Assembly (NCBI GenBank): GCA_951406725.2
Contig: OX597827.1
Span: forward strand, 24,924,001-24,988,000
Reading direction: 5' to 3'
Length of the DNA: 64,000 bases
Source of the DNA: Octopus vulgaris
Taxonomy: Eukaryota
Position 1 is the stretch's first letter; each line of letters begins with the position of its first letter. Both the position numbers and the translations under genes were made by a program. Below, piece after piece: positions 25,795 through 38,059 of the stretch. A model generated the notes under the pieces. That model was not told where the DNA came from, made no database searches, and saw nothing but the letters and a program-made list of their open reading frames with translations.

Positions 25795-26003
25795 AATTCT
25801 TTACTGCCCACTAGGGGCTAAACATAGAGGGGACTAACAAGGACAGACAAAAGGATTTAAGTCGATTACATCGACCCCAATGCGAAACTGGTACTTTATT
25901 TATCGACCTCGAAAGGATTAAAGGCGAAGTCGACCTCGGCAGAATTTGAACTCAGGACATAAAAACAGACAAAATGCCGCTGGGCATTTCGCCCGGCGCG
26001 CTG
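25795..26003 (-). mobile_element. SINE S1
   Basis: S1 body and tail, truncated in the head. Confidence 0.8.
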
Positions 26004-26077
26004 TCATTTATGCCAGCGGCGCGCCGCCTTAGGGTGACAACTCCAATGACATCGATTTCGGAACAAACGAGGTAAGT

Positions 26078-26199
26078 ATAATAATAATAATAATAATAAT
26101 GATAATAATAATAATATTAATAATAATAATAATAATAATACTAGTAATAATAATAATGATAATAATACTAATACTAATAATAACAACAACAACAACAAC

Positions 26200-26261
<62 letters not shown>

Positions 26262-26316
26262 TGATGATAATAATAATAACAATAATGACACCAATAATAA
26301 CAATAATAACAACAAC

Positions 26317-26362
<46 letters not shown>
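26078..26362. repeat. (AAT)n/(AAC)n compound microsatellite
   Basis: Seen directly. Confidence 0.95.
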
Positions 26363-26364
<2 letters not shown>

Positions 26365-27752
26365 TCAGGAGAGCATGTTATCACAAAGTAAGAGCAATAC
26401 TCAAGACAGAGCTGAATGCGAGAAACAAGATCGAAGCGATCAATGCTTTAGCCGTACCTGTCGTGACATACAGTTAGTTACAATATCGTTAACTGGTCAA
26501 TTACCGAAATATGTAATCTTGACAGAAAAGTACGAAAACTGTTGACAATGCATAGAATGCACCACCCTAAGGCAGATATAAAACGACTTGACCTGCCAAG
26601 AAAAGAGGGAGGCCGTGGACTTTTACAACTGGCAATAACAATGAAGATTGCCACAATTGGCCTAGACACCTACCTGAAAACCTCTGAGGACTGGATGTTA
26701 AAACTTGTCTCAAAACATGAAAACAAGTAAGCATCATACTCAGTAACAAAACAGGCAAAGGAATATCTAAGTGAATTCCAAATACAACAAATTCCAGAAT
26801 TTGACGTACTGGAAACAAGCACAGAAAAAGCTAAGCGCATGAAAACCCGTGCTAAGACTGCTGCCTTAGATATTCTTACTGATAAATGACAAGAAAACCT
26901 CTCAATGGCAAATACCCAAAGAGAGCTAAGAATGCCAATGCTGACAAATCCCGTGCCCATCAATAGTTAGTGGCTTCTGGCTTAAAATCAGAAACAGAAG
27001 GGTTTATCATAGCAGTCCAAGATCAATGCCTATCTACAAGAAACTACCTGGCCAACATATTAAAGAACGGCAGCTGCCCAACATATGTATGTCAGCAACA
27101 AAATGAAGCCATTGATCATGTTGTCTCCATGTGCAGACTTCTTGTGCCTACAGGCATGATAGAGCAGCATAGTATATTCACTGGGTAATTTACAAAAACC
27201 TGGATCTACCCCATGATAAAAACTGGTGGGAATACAAACCACCTCCAGTGCTTGAAAATGATCACATCTCCCTCCACTGGAACTTCACAATTCAAACTGA
27301 CAGAAAGATCGATGCGAATAGGCCAGACATCATATTGAAAGATTTCAGACAAAAATCATGTCACCTCATTGATTTGACTGTCCCAATCAATATAAAACTG
27401 AACAAGTATAAAGATCTTGAAATAGAAATTAGCAAAATGTGGAACCTGAAGACTAAGACAATACCTGTTGTTATAGGTACCCTGGGAATGATAGCAAAAG
27501 GAGCTGATTGCTGCCTATCTCAGATACAAGGAAACCCCAAAATGGCAGAAATTCAAAAGATAGTGCTCATGGGAACTTCTCATATCCTACGCAAAATACT
27601 TTCTATGTAATCTCAAGTTTTAAAACAAACATAATTTTCTTATGGTTTCTTAAACATTCTCTAGAACAACACTATGTAGAAAAACAAATATATGGCACCC
27701 TAGGCATAAAACCAACATGAACTTCCAATTTGTTGTCTCTTGACATAAAATA
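26363..27752 (+). mobile_element. R4/Dong-like LINE, 5'-truncated and degraded, inside an (AAT)n/(AAC)n tract
   Basis: MHHPKADIKRLDLPRKEGGRGL, GLKSETEGFIIAVQDQ, NRPDIILKD, KYKDLEIEISKMW...IQKIVLMGTSHILRK. Confidence 0.88.
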
Positions 27753-27959
27753 ATAATAATAATATCGTTCACTAGATAACAATGGCACTCTTCTTTTAAT
27801 TTTGACTCTATATCTTCAGGTGGAGTTACCTCAATCCTTTCTATATTAACCAAAATGAAGTAGATTGACATATTATTTTTTAAACCAGTTGAAGACACAC
27901 AAAATGTCGAAATATCGTTCACAAGATAGCAATGGCACTCTTCTTTTAATAATAATAAT

Positions 27960-28016
<57 letters not shown>

Positions 28017-28020
28017 AATA

Positions 28021-28361
28021 ATGGCAATGTTTCTCTAAAAGAAACGGAGAAACTTTCAAAATACAAAGATCTGGAAATAGAGGTAACTCGAATGTGGAGT
28101 GTAATAACAGAAACAATTGCTATCATAGTGGACGCACTAGGTATGATAAAAAAAAAACATTCAGACAAATACATAACAAAAATACAAGGACTTACAAGTA
28201 TATATAAATAGCACCCATAGGCACCGCACACATTCAACGCAAAACACTTTCAATACAGTAAAAATAAGAGCCCTACACCAAACTACAGCACATGCCCAAG
28301 GCACATAGAGCTGCGCTCGGTAGTGAAGTGAAAGCACGTGATAAAAATAAGACTACTGAAT
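28021..28361 (+). mobile_element. Short 3' fragment of a Dong-like LINE
   Basis: Aligns by eye with 40590-40930 and ends GACTACTG followed by (AAT)n. Confidence 0.85.
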
Positions 28362-28365
28362 AATG

Positions 28366-28420
<55 letters not shown>

Positions 28421-28422
<2 letters not shown>

Positions 28423-28948
28423 GCCCTGATGCAGTACCAGGCAGTGGCTCTCATGGCTCCTGATCTTAACTGATTGGAAGTGTTATCATGTACATTGTTT
28501 TGTCTTGGTATAAAAGATGGGCTACAGCAAATATTCTGCTCAATACCACAGATTTGCTTGTCAGTTGTTTGACTTTAACCAGTTGACCATATCCCTTAGT
28601 GGCTGACGATATGTGCATCTCTGATCACGAGCATAAGTAGTGGGAGAGCATCATAGCCATGTGTTGAGAGGGATTCTTTGAGGTTTGAATAATTCACCTC
28701 TGGAAACATGGGTGGTTTTTTCAACATCCTTAAACAACCCTTATTCAGGGACCTTTTGAGCGGGATGGGCTACTCAACCTGAAGAAAATTCTAACTGGGC
28801 CCCACCTGCAAGGTCATGTGCTGTTTATCTTGATATGAGATCATCATGTCGCTTACATATGTGCATGGTGTACCCTTATCAGACGGGTAGTCATGATGGG
28901 TATATTGGGCTTCGTATATTTTACCCCAGTGTCACTGCTCTCTCACTC
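28421..28948 (+). mobile_element. Unclassified non-coding repeat of about 530 bp bounded by (AAT)n (copy 1)
   Basis: Colinear with 49448-49980. Perfect (AAT)n tracts on both sides. The strand is inferred from the AAT tail. Confidence 0.7.
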
Positions 28949-28976
28949 AATAATAATAATAATAATAATAATAATG

Positions 28977-29065
<89 letters not shown>

Positions 29066-29072
<7 letters not shown>

Positions 29073-29413
29073 GCATTCAGACAAATACATAACAAAAATA
29101 CAAGGACTTACAAGTATACCTGGAAATAGAGGTAACTAGAATGTGGAATCTGAAAACAGAAACAATTCCTATCATAGTAGGAGCATTAGGCATGATAAAA
29201 AATATTCAGACAAATACATAACAAAAACACCAGGACTTACAAACACATATAACATACAGAAAATTGCACTACTAGGCACTGCACACATCCTACGCAGAAC
29301 ACTTTCCATACAATAACCATCAGAGCATCACAACAAATCACAGCACATACCCAAGGCACACAGAGCTGTGCTCGGTAGTGAAGTGAAAGCACGTTATAAA
29401 AATAAAACTACTG
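29066..29413 (+). mobile_element. Short 3' fragment(s) of a Dong-like LINE
   Basis: 29119-29413 is almost identical to 40633-40930 and is preceded by a duplicated piece of about 50 bp. (AAT)n lies on both sides. Confidence 0.88.
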
Positions 29414-29908
29414 AATAATAATAATAATAATAGGCACATAAACGTAATAACAATAATTACAGCAGCAACAACGAAGTAATAAAGCTCGTGTACTCCGCCT
29501 ACTATCACTACCACCATCACCACCACACTTACCACAACAATCAACACTACCACCACCGCCACCATTGTCATCAGCTTCATCGTCATCGCCCCAGTCGTCG
29601 TTATCATTATCCGCATCAACATCATCGCATCACCAGCGTAACCACCATCGATCAACAACGCTTAACGTCGAGAAATCCAATCAATGTTTGTTATATTCAA
29701 GACACAGCAGCTGAATGCCTTCCCTTGTAAATTGTCCAGGCGGAATTGTAATTGCAAAGCCTGTTCACTTGTCTTGTACATTTCATGTTTCCCGTCCGTT
29801 CCACAACCATCGGAGCGACTTTACACAGGCGACTTGTAAGTCCCGCTTGTATGTAAACATACATACATACATACATACATATATGTATATATATATATAT
29901 ACACACAC

Positions 29909-29941
<33 letters not shown>

Positions 29942-30033
29942 CCTCCCTGCTTCCATTTCCTGAGCGCCTATTAATAATAATACTGTACTTGTTCCCTTGT
30001 TGTTGTTTTTTTGTTTCCCGTTTGGATTAAAAT

Positions 30034-30065
<32 letters not shown>

Positions 30066-30089
30066 CCCATATTTTTCACCCTCATTTTG

Positions 30090-30139
<50 letters not shown>

Positions 30140-30512
30140 CAAAATGAGGGTGAAAAATATTGGATATTAATTTAATAACATCAATTTTTACACCAGTGGT
30201 CTAGCATATAAAAAAATTGAGATTCAGTAAATAGTATATAATATATATATATATATACACGTACATGCTTATATATATATGTAAACATATACAAATATAG
30301 TTAAGGGTTTAATTTTGTGACAAACTGAAACAGTAAACACAAAAGTAAACGATTGATTGACAAATTAATTAATTAGTTAATTAAATGAGAGAGAAGGCCG
30401 ACCATAGTTAAAACAACAGGTTTGTAAAAGAACGGGCGAAAAGAAAATCACACACACACACAACCCTCATCTAGGCTGCTCTGTAGTGAGTACTTTAGCC
30501 TCAATTCCTCTG

Positions 30513-30613
30513 ACTACTACTACTACTACTACTACTACTATTACCACCACCACCATCACCACCACCATCACCACCACACCACCACCATCACTACTACTAC
30601 TACTACAACTACG

Positions 30614-30657
<44 letters not shown>

Positions 30658-30688
30658 GACGACGACGACCACCACCACCACCACCACC

Positions 30689-30779
<91 letters not shown>
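30513..30779. repeat. (CTA)(CCA)(CGA)(CTG) compound trinucleotide repeat
   Basis: Seen directly. Confidence 0.95.
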
Positions 30780-30780
<1 letters not shown>

Positions 30781-30804
30781 CACTTACATCCTACACAGGA
30801 ATGC

Positions 30805-30870
30805 GGTGGGATTGGTTGGTCGCCTGGACAAACTACTTATAAAGAGCAAGTTGCGTATCACTTTAAAAAC
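30805..30870 (+). promoter_or_regulatory. Possible core promoter of the Kv gene
   Basis: Reverse CCAAT (ATTGG 30811-30815), TATAAAG (30838-30844) and an Inr-like TCACTT (30858-30863) lie in non-repetitive sequence about 500 bp before the ATG. The TATA-Inr spacing is shorter than canonical. Confidence 0.3.
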
Positions 30871-31055
30871 GTCTTCCCTCGACTGTTTGTAATAACCTAT
30901 AAAAACTAACAACAAAGCAACAAAAACAAAAACACATGCCGATAAACACGTCTTCTTTTTTCTTCTTCTTCCGACATATACCTTGCTGATACTGTCATTA
31001 ACAAGTTTATGTATACATATATATAGATATAAATATAAATATATTTATACATACA

Positions 31056-31133
<78 letters not shown>

Positions 31134-31358
31134 TATAAACTTATATATTTGTATCTATATATCTATATCTACATATATGTAATAATTACTTTGTATTAAG
31201 CTTAATTCGTTAGTATTTCTCCCAGTAACCAGTTTTAATATGTTATAATATAATTATAATATTATTGTAAATATATTATAAGTATAGTTTTGTTACAATA
31301 GATATACTTTGAATATAATTATAAAAATTTGCTATTTTCTTCGTGAAGTGAAATAAAA

Positions 31359-31925
31359 ATGCCGGCAACAAAAGGACTCAAAAGAACCGCACTTGCTGCT
31401 TTGATTCCTGGAACTAAGTTTGATCCCAAGACATTTGAAGTGTCTGCAGTTGCTGATCCAGATGCCCCGACTGTTGTCTTTAATGTACGTGGAACTATCT
31501 TCGAAACATATCGTTCAAATTTATACCGGAAAAATCTGAGCAATTTGTCCAACGAAGAGTTTCTCGGTCAATTCTACCGAGTGAGATCAAACGATTATTT
31601 CTTTGACCGCGATCCTTCACTTTTTTCATCAGTGTTGGAATATCAACGGACCGGTGTGTTACATATTCCAGTGAATGTGTGTGGTAAAGTGGCACGGCAG
31701 GAGCTGGAATTTTGGGGAATTGACGAAAGCTGTATCGAAAAATGCTGTTGGAGCACTTTTGATTCCTGGAATAGCACTTACGACGCATTAAAACAATTGG
31801 AAGAAGCCCAGAACAGAACATTTAACCAATATACAGAGTCAAAAATTGCTGGAATGAAATATGGAAAAATGAGAGCAGCGATTTGGAATTTTCTTTCTAA
31901 CCCTAGATCGTCAAACGGTGCGAAA
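31359..31925 (+). CDS. First coding exon of a Shaw/Kv3-like voltage-gated potassium channel (T1/BTB tetramerisation domain, ending just before S1)
   Basis: The ORF reads VVFNVRGTIFETY...YFFDRDPSLFSSVLEYQRTGVLHIPVNVCG...ELEFWGIDESCIEKCCW. It carries the HX5CX20CC Zn motif of non-Shaker T1 domains and ends IWNFLSNPRSSNGAK. The start is AAAATG with an upstream in-frame TGA (31344). A phase-0 donor AAA|GTAAGT sits at 31926. There are no stops or frameshifts. Confidence 0.92.
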
Positions 31926-32594
31926 GTAAGTATTGTCTTGTTTTATATTCTTATCTCTTCATTTGTCGAAAAAGGATAATTTTGAAAACTACTTTATATA
32001 CTTTTGACAGCATTTTATAATTTAATGATGTGTGTGTGTGTGAGTGTGTGTGTGGGGGGTTAAATAATTACCTTTTGCAAAATTCCGGTAAGATTCGTAA
32101 TGGAGTACTGTCTATTCCTACATCTTAGACGGGTTTGTTGCAAGACAACAATCATGCTAGACCATTATCCAAAGAATGACATTTACCTCACTGACATAAA
32201 GTCGCTTACGAATAGTCTTCATCTTTGCCCCAACAGACACGCTGTGCCTTCTCTTAGGCTCGACTACTGCACTACTGTGGAGACGGCCATTATTGGTCGA
32301 TCTCTACGAAACCTCTTTCATTACTCATCTCCCTTCTCCTCGTTATCAATATTATGTTTCCCGCCATAACTTATGGAAGAAGCACTTTTTTGTAGTCCAT
32401 CATTCTCAGAACATCGGTTTTCTAGAATTCCTCCGTTTACTTGCAACTTTTCAATGGGATCATTAACTTTTTTCTATTGCAACGGTCTCAGAGGGTCTGT
32501 GTGCAATTCTTGGGCGCACCCGATTCCTTCGAGCCAAGTCAATGAGACAAGATAAACCATTAAGCTATAATTGTAAACACGCATAATATACACC

Positions 32595-32730
32595 CACTGC
32601 ATGCAACTATGCATACATATATACATGCATGCATATATTCACATACATACAAACATGTACATATATACATAGACGCATATATATACATACATGCACATAT
32701 ATACATGCATGCACATATATACATACATGA

Positions 32731-32761
<31 letters not shown>

Positions 32762-33000
32762 CACGTACATATATACATACATGTACATATATACATACAT
32801 ATACACAAATACCTTCATGCATGCATACATACATGCACATATATACATACATATACATATATACATACATGCACATATACATATACATACATATATACAT
32901 ATACATACATATATACATATATATACATATATACATACAAGCATATATACATTTATACATGTACATATATACATATATTTATATACACGTGCATACATAT
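32595..33000. repeat. Degenerate alternating purine-pyrimidine (TA/CA/TG) tract
   Basis: Seen directly. Similar tracts occur at 1145-1390, 13195-13475, 17800-18180 and 47800-48270. Confidence 0.9.
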
Positions 33001-33724
33001 AGACGCACAAACATTCATACGGAGTTATCTTGAGAAGAATTTGTATGGTAAGGTTTTCATGGAACGAAGACCATCATCAAATTCACACAAATGTACAATA
33101 CGAATATTTCTAGAATGTAAACGCACACACACACGCGCGCGCACGTGCACAGAGACATACAAATGGATCCCTTGATGACAGGACATGATGGGACTCGTTC
33201 GTGGGCCCTATGATGTGCAGTCGTCAAGAGTCGCACAAATGAAAGAAGAGCTGGTCGTTATTAGATTCAATACACAACCATAAGCAACCGACAGTGCGAC
33301 ATTTTGTGTAATAAGACATTAATCAAATGCCATCAGTCAGACATTATACCTCAAATACTGTCAGTCAATGGCATCAAACAATAACCAGCAATCAAATATC
33401 ACTAATGCCATCAAGGAAGTGTCATTAATCAAACTACCGTCGATCAGTCAATGTGGAAATCTAGGGAGGCGAATTTGCACGTATTTGATTTCTATGCTCC
33501 ACTATTGCACTTACCGTTTAACGCATACCGATTGATCCGTTAAGAAGAACGGCATGTTTTTATTCCTTAGCAAGTAATCTCCAATCAGAAGTGCACGCGC
33601 ACGCTGACACGAAGTAAATCGATCAATGATCTGATTTATACAATAAGTACTCCGAATGTTCGATTAACTGAAATGTCCATTCCTCGAATTAGGTATAAAT
33701 TGCTGGGTATCCCTAACGTGTACC

Positions 33725-33952
33725 TATTTCTTTACTACTCTCAAGGGGCTAAACACAGAAAGGACAAACAAGGACGGACAAACGGATTAAGTCAATTATA
33801 TTGACCCCAGTGCGTAACTGGTACTTATTTAATCGATCCCGAACGGATGAAAGGCAAAGTCGACCTCGGCGGAATTTGAACTCAGAACGTAACGGCAGAC
33901 GAAATACCATTAAGCATTTCGCCCGGCGTGCTAACGTTTCTGCCAGCTCGCC
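33725..33952 (-). mobile_element. SINE S1 with TSD, inserted in an S3 relic
   Basis: Flanked by GTATCCCTAACGTGTACC (33707-33724) and GTGTCCCTAACGTGTGCC (33953-33970). Confidence 0.9.
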
Positions 33953-34054
33953 GTGTCCCTAACGTGTGCCCTTAATGTAATTTTCAGGCAGAATCCGAGT
34001 GGTAATAAGACTGGTCCTTTGAATTCGGGGTATAACAGGCATAACGGGGTACGT

Positions 34055-34365
34055 GGCATTCCGTCGGTTTCGACGATGAGCGTTCCAGTTGATTCGATCA
34101 ACGGAACAGTCTGCTCATGAAATTAACGACCAAGTGGCTGAGTACTCCACAGAAACGTGTAACCTTAACGTAGTTCTCAGGAAGATTCAGCATGACATGG
34201 ATGTGTCAAGGCTGGCTCTTTGAAATACAGGTACAACTTGTATTTGCCAGCTGTGGGACTGGAGCAACGTGAAATAAAGTGTCTTGCTCAAGGACACAAC
34301 GCATCGCTGGGAATCGAACTCACAACCTTACGACCGTGAGTCGAATGCCCTAACCACGAAGCTGC
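34055..34365 (-). mobile_element. SINE S3
   Basis: Near full length, with a tRNA-like head at the right end. Confidence 0.85.
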
Positions 34366-35149
34366 ATGGTTTCACAACGGGGTATAGTCTTTAACGGTGT
34401 ATTGTCCACTTTGAAGGACTTTCACTGTCTCTGTCCCTTAACACAATCTGGGATTAGACTGAGTGTGACAGCGTGTGACAAGACTAAGTCTTTGAACCAT
34501 CGCTGCTGTCCATCCGATGAGCTTCAGTACAGTTTCCATCTTCCCTCAATCTCGATCTCGATGTTTGACTGAATCAGAAGCTTTGGTCGAAGCTATTCCT
34601 TTACTTAGTCTTTCTTCATTTGTTTGTTTGTTTCTTTCGTTCGTTCGTTCTTTCGTTCTTTCGTTCCCTCATTCACTCACAATAGCCAGAAAACCGTCCT
34701 TAGGCGTCTGTTGCACGTCGACTCACTAACCTCCATTTTCCATTGTTGTTTACCTAAGAGAAAAATAAAAGTTTATTACTTTCCCGCCAACACTTTAAAC
34801 AAGTATCAAGCGGTTTTTTTATGTCTCTCTCTCTCCCTCGCCCTCTCTCTCATTCTCTCTGTCTGGCGCTGGAGTTGGAGCTGGGGGTGAGGATGGGGAA
34901 CACACTGCACAGTGTTTTTGTTCGATTACATTAACGTTAGCCTTGTCACAGTCCAAATATGACATCGTTTGTTGTGCAACTTGTGTAACTTTGTTGTGCA
35001 ACTTACAAATGTCAAGTTCACAGCAAGATCCACTTGGTTTGGCTATAAGCCAGCCTGAGCCAGATGTAAAGTAGCGCACGTGGGACGGGTAGCGTTTAAT
35101 ACAAAGAGGCCTTGACTCGAAATACATACAAACATATATATATATATAT

Positions 35150-35410
35150 CTTATCTTTTATCTTTTACTTGTTTCAGTCATTAGACTGCGGCTATGCTGG
35201 GGCACTGCCTTGAAGAATTCTTAGTCGAAGGGATCGACACCGGCACATTTTATATAAGACTGGTACTTATTTTATCGGTCTCTTTTGGAGAACTACTAAG
35301 TTACGGGGACGCAAACACGCGACACCGGTTGTCAAGGATATAGTGGGAGGCAATCCATCGTAGTGCCACCTAGTGGGACTGAACCCAGAACCTTACAACA
35401 CAACCACGTC
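35150..35410 (-). mobile_element. SINE S2 with an internal deletion
   Basis: Tail TTTTACTTGTTTCAGTCATT...; head GTGGGACTGAACCC. Confidence 0.75.
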
Positions 35411-36851
35411 TGTACGTATATATGAAAATATTAATTGCTTCATCCTGTGATTATTTTAGCAAGGCTGTACTCAATTGTTTTCGTACATTAATTAAGGACA
35501 TATCTTAATTAATGACACAAATTAATTGATTGTCATAGCCAATTGCCATTCGAATTAGAAAATGGTAACGCGTAAGAATGAAATGGCAGAAGAGTGTTAG
35601 AAGAATTCTTGGTGCAAACGTATTTTTCTCATATTCACCCTCAGAAATAATGGTTCCTGATTAAGCTATAAGGTCAGCGATTTTGAGATGAGTGGTTATT
35701 CGACGCTGTCGATCTTACTACTTCACGAGAACTTTACTTTATCGACCCCGAAAGAATAAAAGGCAAAATTAATCTCGGCGCGATTTGAACTCAGAACATG
35801 AAAAACCGGAATAAAATGGAAAGCATTTTATCCGATGTTCTCACGATACTGCCGGTTCGCTGCTTCCACCATTTTGGAATAATGATTTTTCTATAATGCC
35901 ATGAGCACTTAAAATCTTTGGCGGAGTCTTAGGGATGCAGCTGTGGCAGATGGGTATATCTTGGGCTTATCTATTTAGAGGCAGCGGAACCTAATCTTAC
36001 CATCTGAGGGGGACATGATCGATTTCTTCCTGAGATGAAAGAAACAGACATGCAAAAAAAAAAAAAAAAAAAAAAGGAAAGAGTTAGAGAAGAATCGATT
36101 CAAGGACACGATATGTACTTTATTTACCAGCAGCAAGAGCTTGGAAAACAAAAATTTACCTTTATCGGATTCGCACTCAGAAAGTTGGAACGATTAACGC
36201 AAAGGAATATAGTTGGCGATCTCAAGACGCTGCCAATTGGCCGCCTTAATTCTTGCGCTCATAAATAGGTTATTGGAATTCTTGTTCCCTGGCCAAACTC
36301 ATTAACTTTATTTAAGTTTTGCAATAGTATTTCAGTATACCTACCTCACCCAATTGCTTCCGTCTACATTGGGATGCTCAGATCCCCACTACTTTGTCTT
36401 TTCCAAGAAAGAAATTCCAAGTACAAAACCACAGTGCCTTGTTAGTGCCTTGAGAAAGGAAAAGGCTGGAGGACACAACATCGACAGTAAATCAAGAGTG
36501 GAGTCCCTTAGGCAGTCCGGTGCCATATTTGACACCCCTTCGTCAACTCGAGAGTAGATGGAGCTCTCCAGCCCTGTAAAGAAGTTCACCTAGGAGAAGG
36601 CCACTCCTACGTAAAACCTACATCTTAATGGTCACCGCAACCGTCTTAGTCCATTAAGCCATTGCAGTCAGAACTCCAAGTCTAAAAAGTGGGGTCCGAT
36701 TGCATGGATTGACTCTCTCTAAAGCTACAAAGCGGAGCAGGAAGAAAAACCTTGCAGTACAAAGGATCAGTTTCCACAGTAACTCGAGGGCGTGCTATCG
36801 TTCCTCATGATCTTCGGTCACGAAGAAACTGTCATTATTACAGATAACATA

Positions 36852-37460
36852 AAGCGGCGAGCAGGCAGAGACGTTAGCACGTCGGGCGAAATGCTTAGCG
36901 GGATTTCGTCTGTCGCTACGTTCTGAGTTCAAATTCCGCCGAGGTCAACTTTGCCTTTCATCCATTCGGGGTCGATAAATTAAGTACCAGTTACACACTG
37001 GGGTCGATGTAATCGACTTAATCCATTTATCTGTCCTTGCTTGTCCCCTCTGTGTTTAGCCCCTTGTGGGTAGTAAAGAAATAGATATTTCGTCTGCCGT
37101 TATGTTCCGTTATGTTCCGAGTTTAAATTCCACCGAGGTCAACTTTGCCTTTCATCCTTTCGGGGTCGATTAAATAAGAATCAGTTACGCACTGGAGTCG
37201 TCTACGTAGTCGACTTAACCCCATCCTCCAAATCTGAGGCCTTGTGTATCCAGTAGAAAGAATCGTTAGCACGTCGGGCGAAATATTTAGCGGTATTTCC
37301 TCTGCCGCTGCGTTCTGTGTTCGAATTCTACCGAGGTCAACTTTGCCTTTCATCCTTTCGGGGTCGATAAATTAAATACCAGTGAAACACTGGGGTCGAT
37401 TTAATCGACTAGTCCCTTCCCCTCAAATTTCAGGCTTTGTGCCCTTAGTAGAAAGGGTTA
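36852..37460 (+). mobile_element. Tandem array of three S1 SINE units
   Basis: GAGGTCAACTTTGCCTTTCATCC occurs at about 36941, 37135 and 37333. Confidence 0.88.
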
Positions 37461-38059
37461 CTACCGATAACGTAATACTAAGTAGTCAGCCTCAAATCAA
37501 AATGGAATTCTTAAACAAGTCATAAACATTTTATGGTGTACAGATCTCCATTTTAACTTTATGCCGTTAAAGCAACAACCACAACACTAATAATAACATA
37601 ATTTAAATTTATATAGTCACCTTTTCAACGCTCGTCTACAATGACAACTCTATATTACTAAAAGAACATTGTGTTTATGCTTGGCACACTTGCACATTGA
37701 CCTTCAACAATAGTATGATCATAATTCGCCATTGACAGTTTTTCTCAATGACCTGTGCGCGCGGGTTTGAATATGTGTGAGAGTATGCGTGTGTGTATGT
37801 ATGTTTGTGTGTGTGTGTGTGTGTATGTGTGTGAATAGGTGAATGTGGGAAGGCGGGTTGCTAAAACACCTCAAACAATACACTGCTACGGTGTGTTCTC
37901 CCGTCCGCCGCCCCCGATAGAGAAGCTTTAAAAACTTGTCTTGTTTAAAATGTTGTCTGGGAAGCAACAGAAACAAAATCAGAGATTTCAGAGTAAACAT
38001 AAATAAATCAAAATCAAAAATAAAAACAAAAAAAACCCAACACCGACACCTAAGCAGTG

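Noticed and set aside
31926-31979. Hydrophobic ORF tail VSIVLFYILISSF as transmembrane segment S1
   Set aside because: It follows a strong GTAAGT donor at the expected position and stops after 17 codons, so it is most likely intron read-through.
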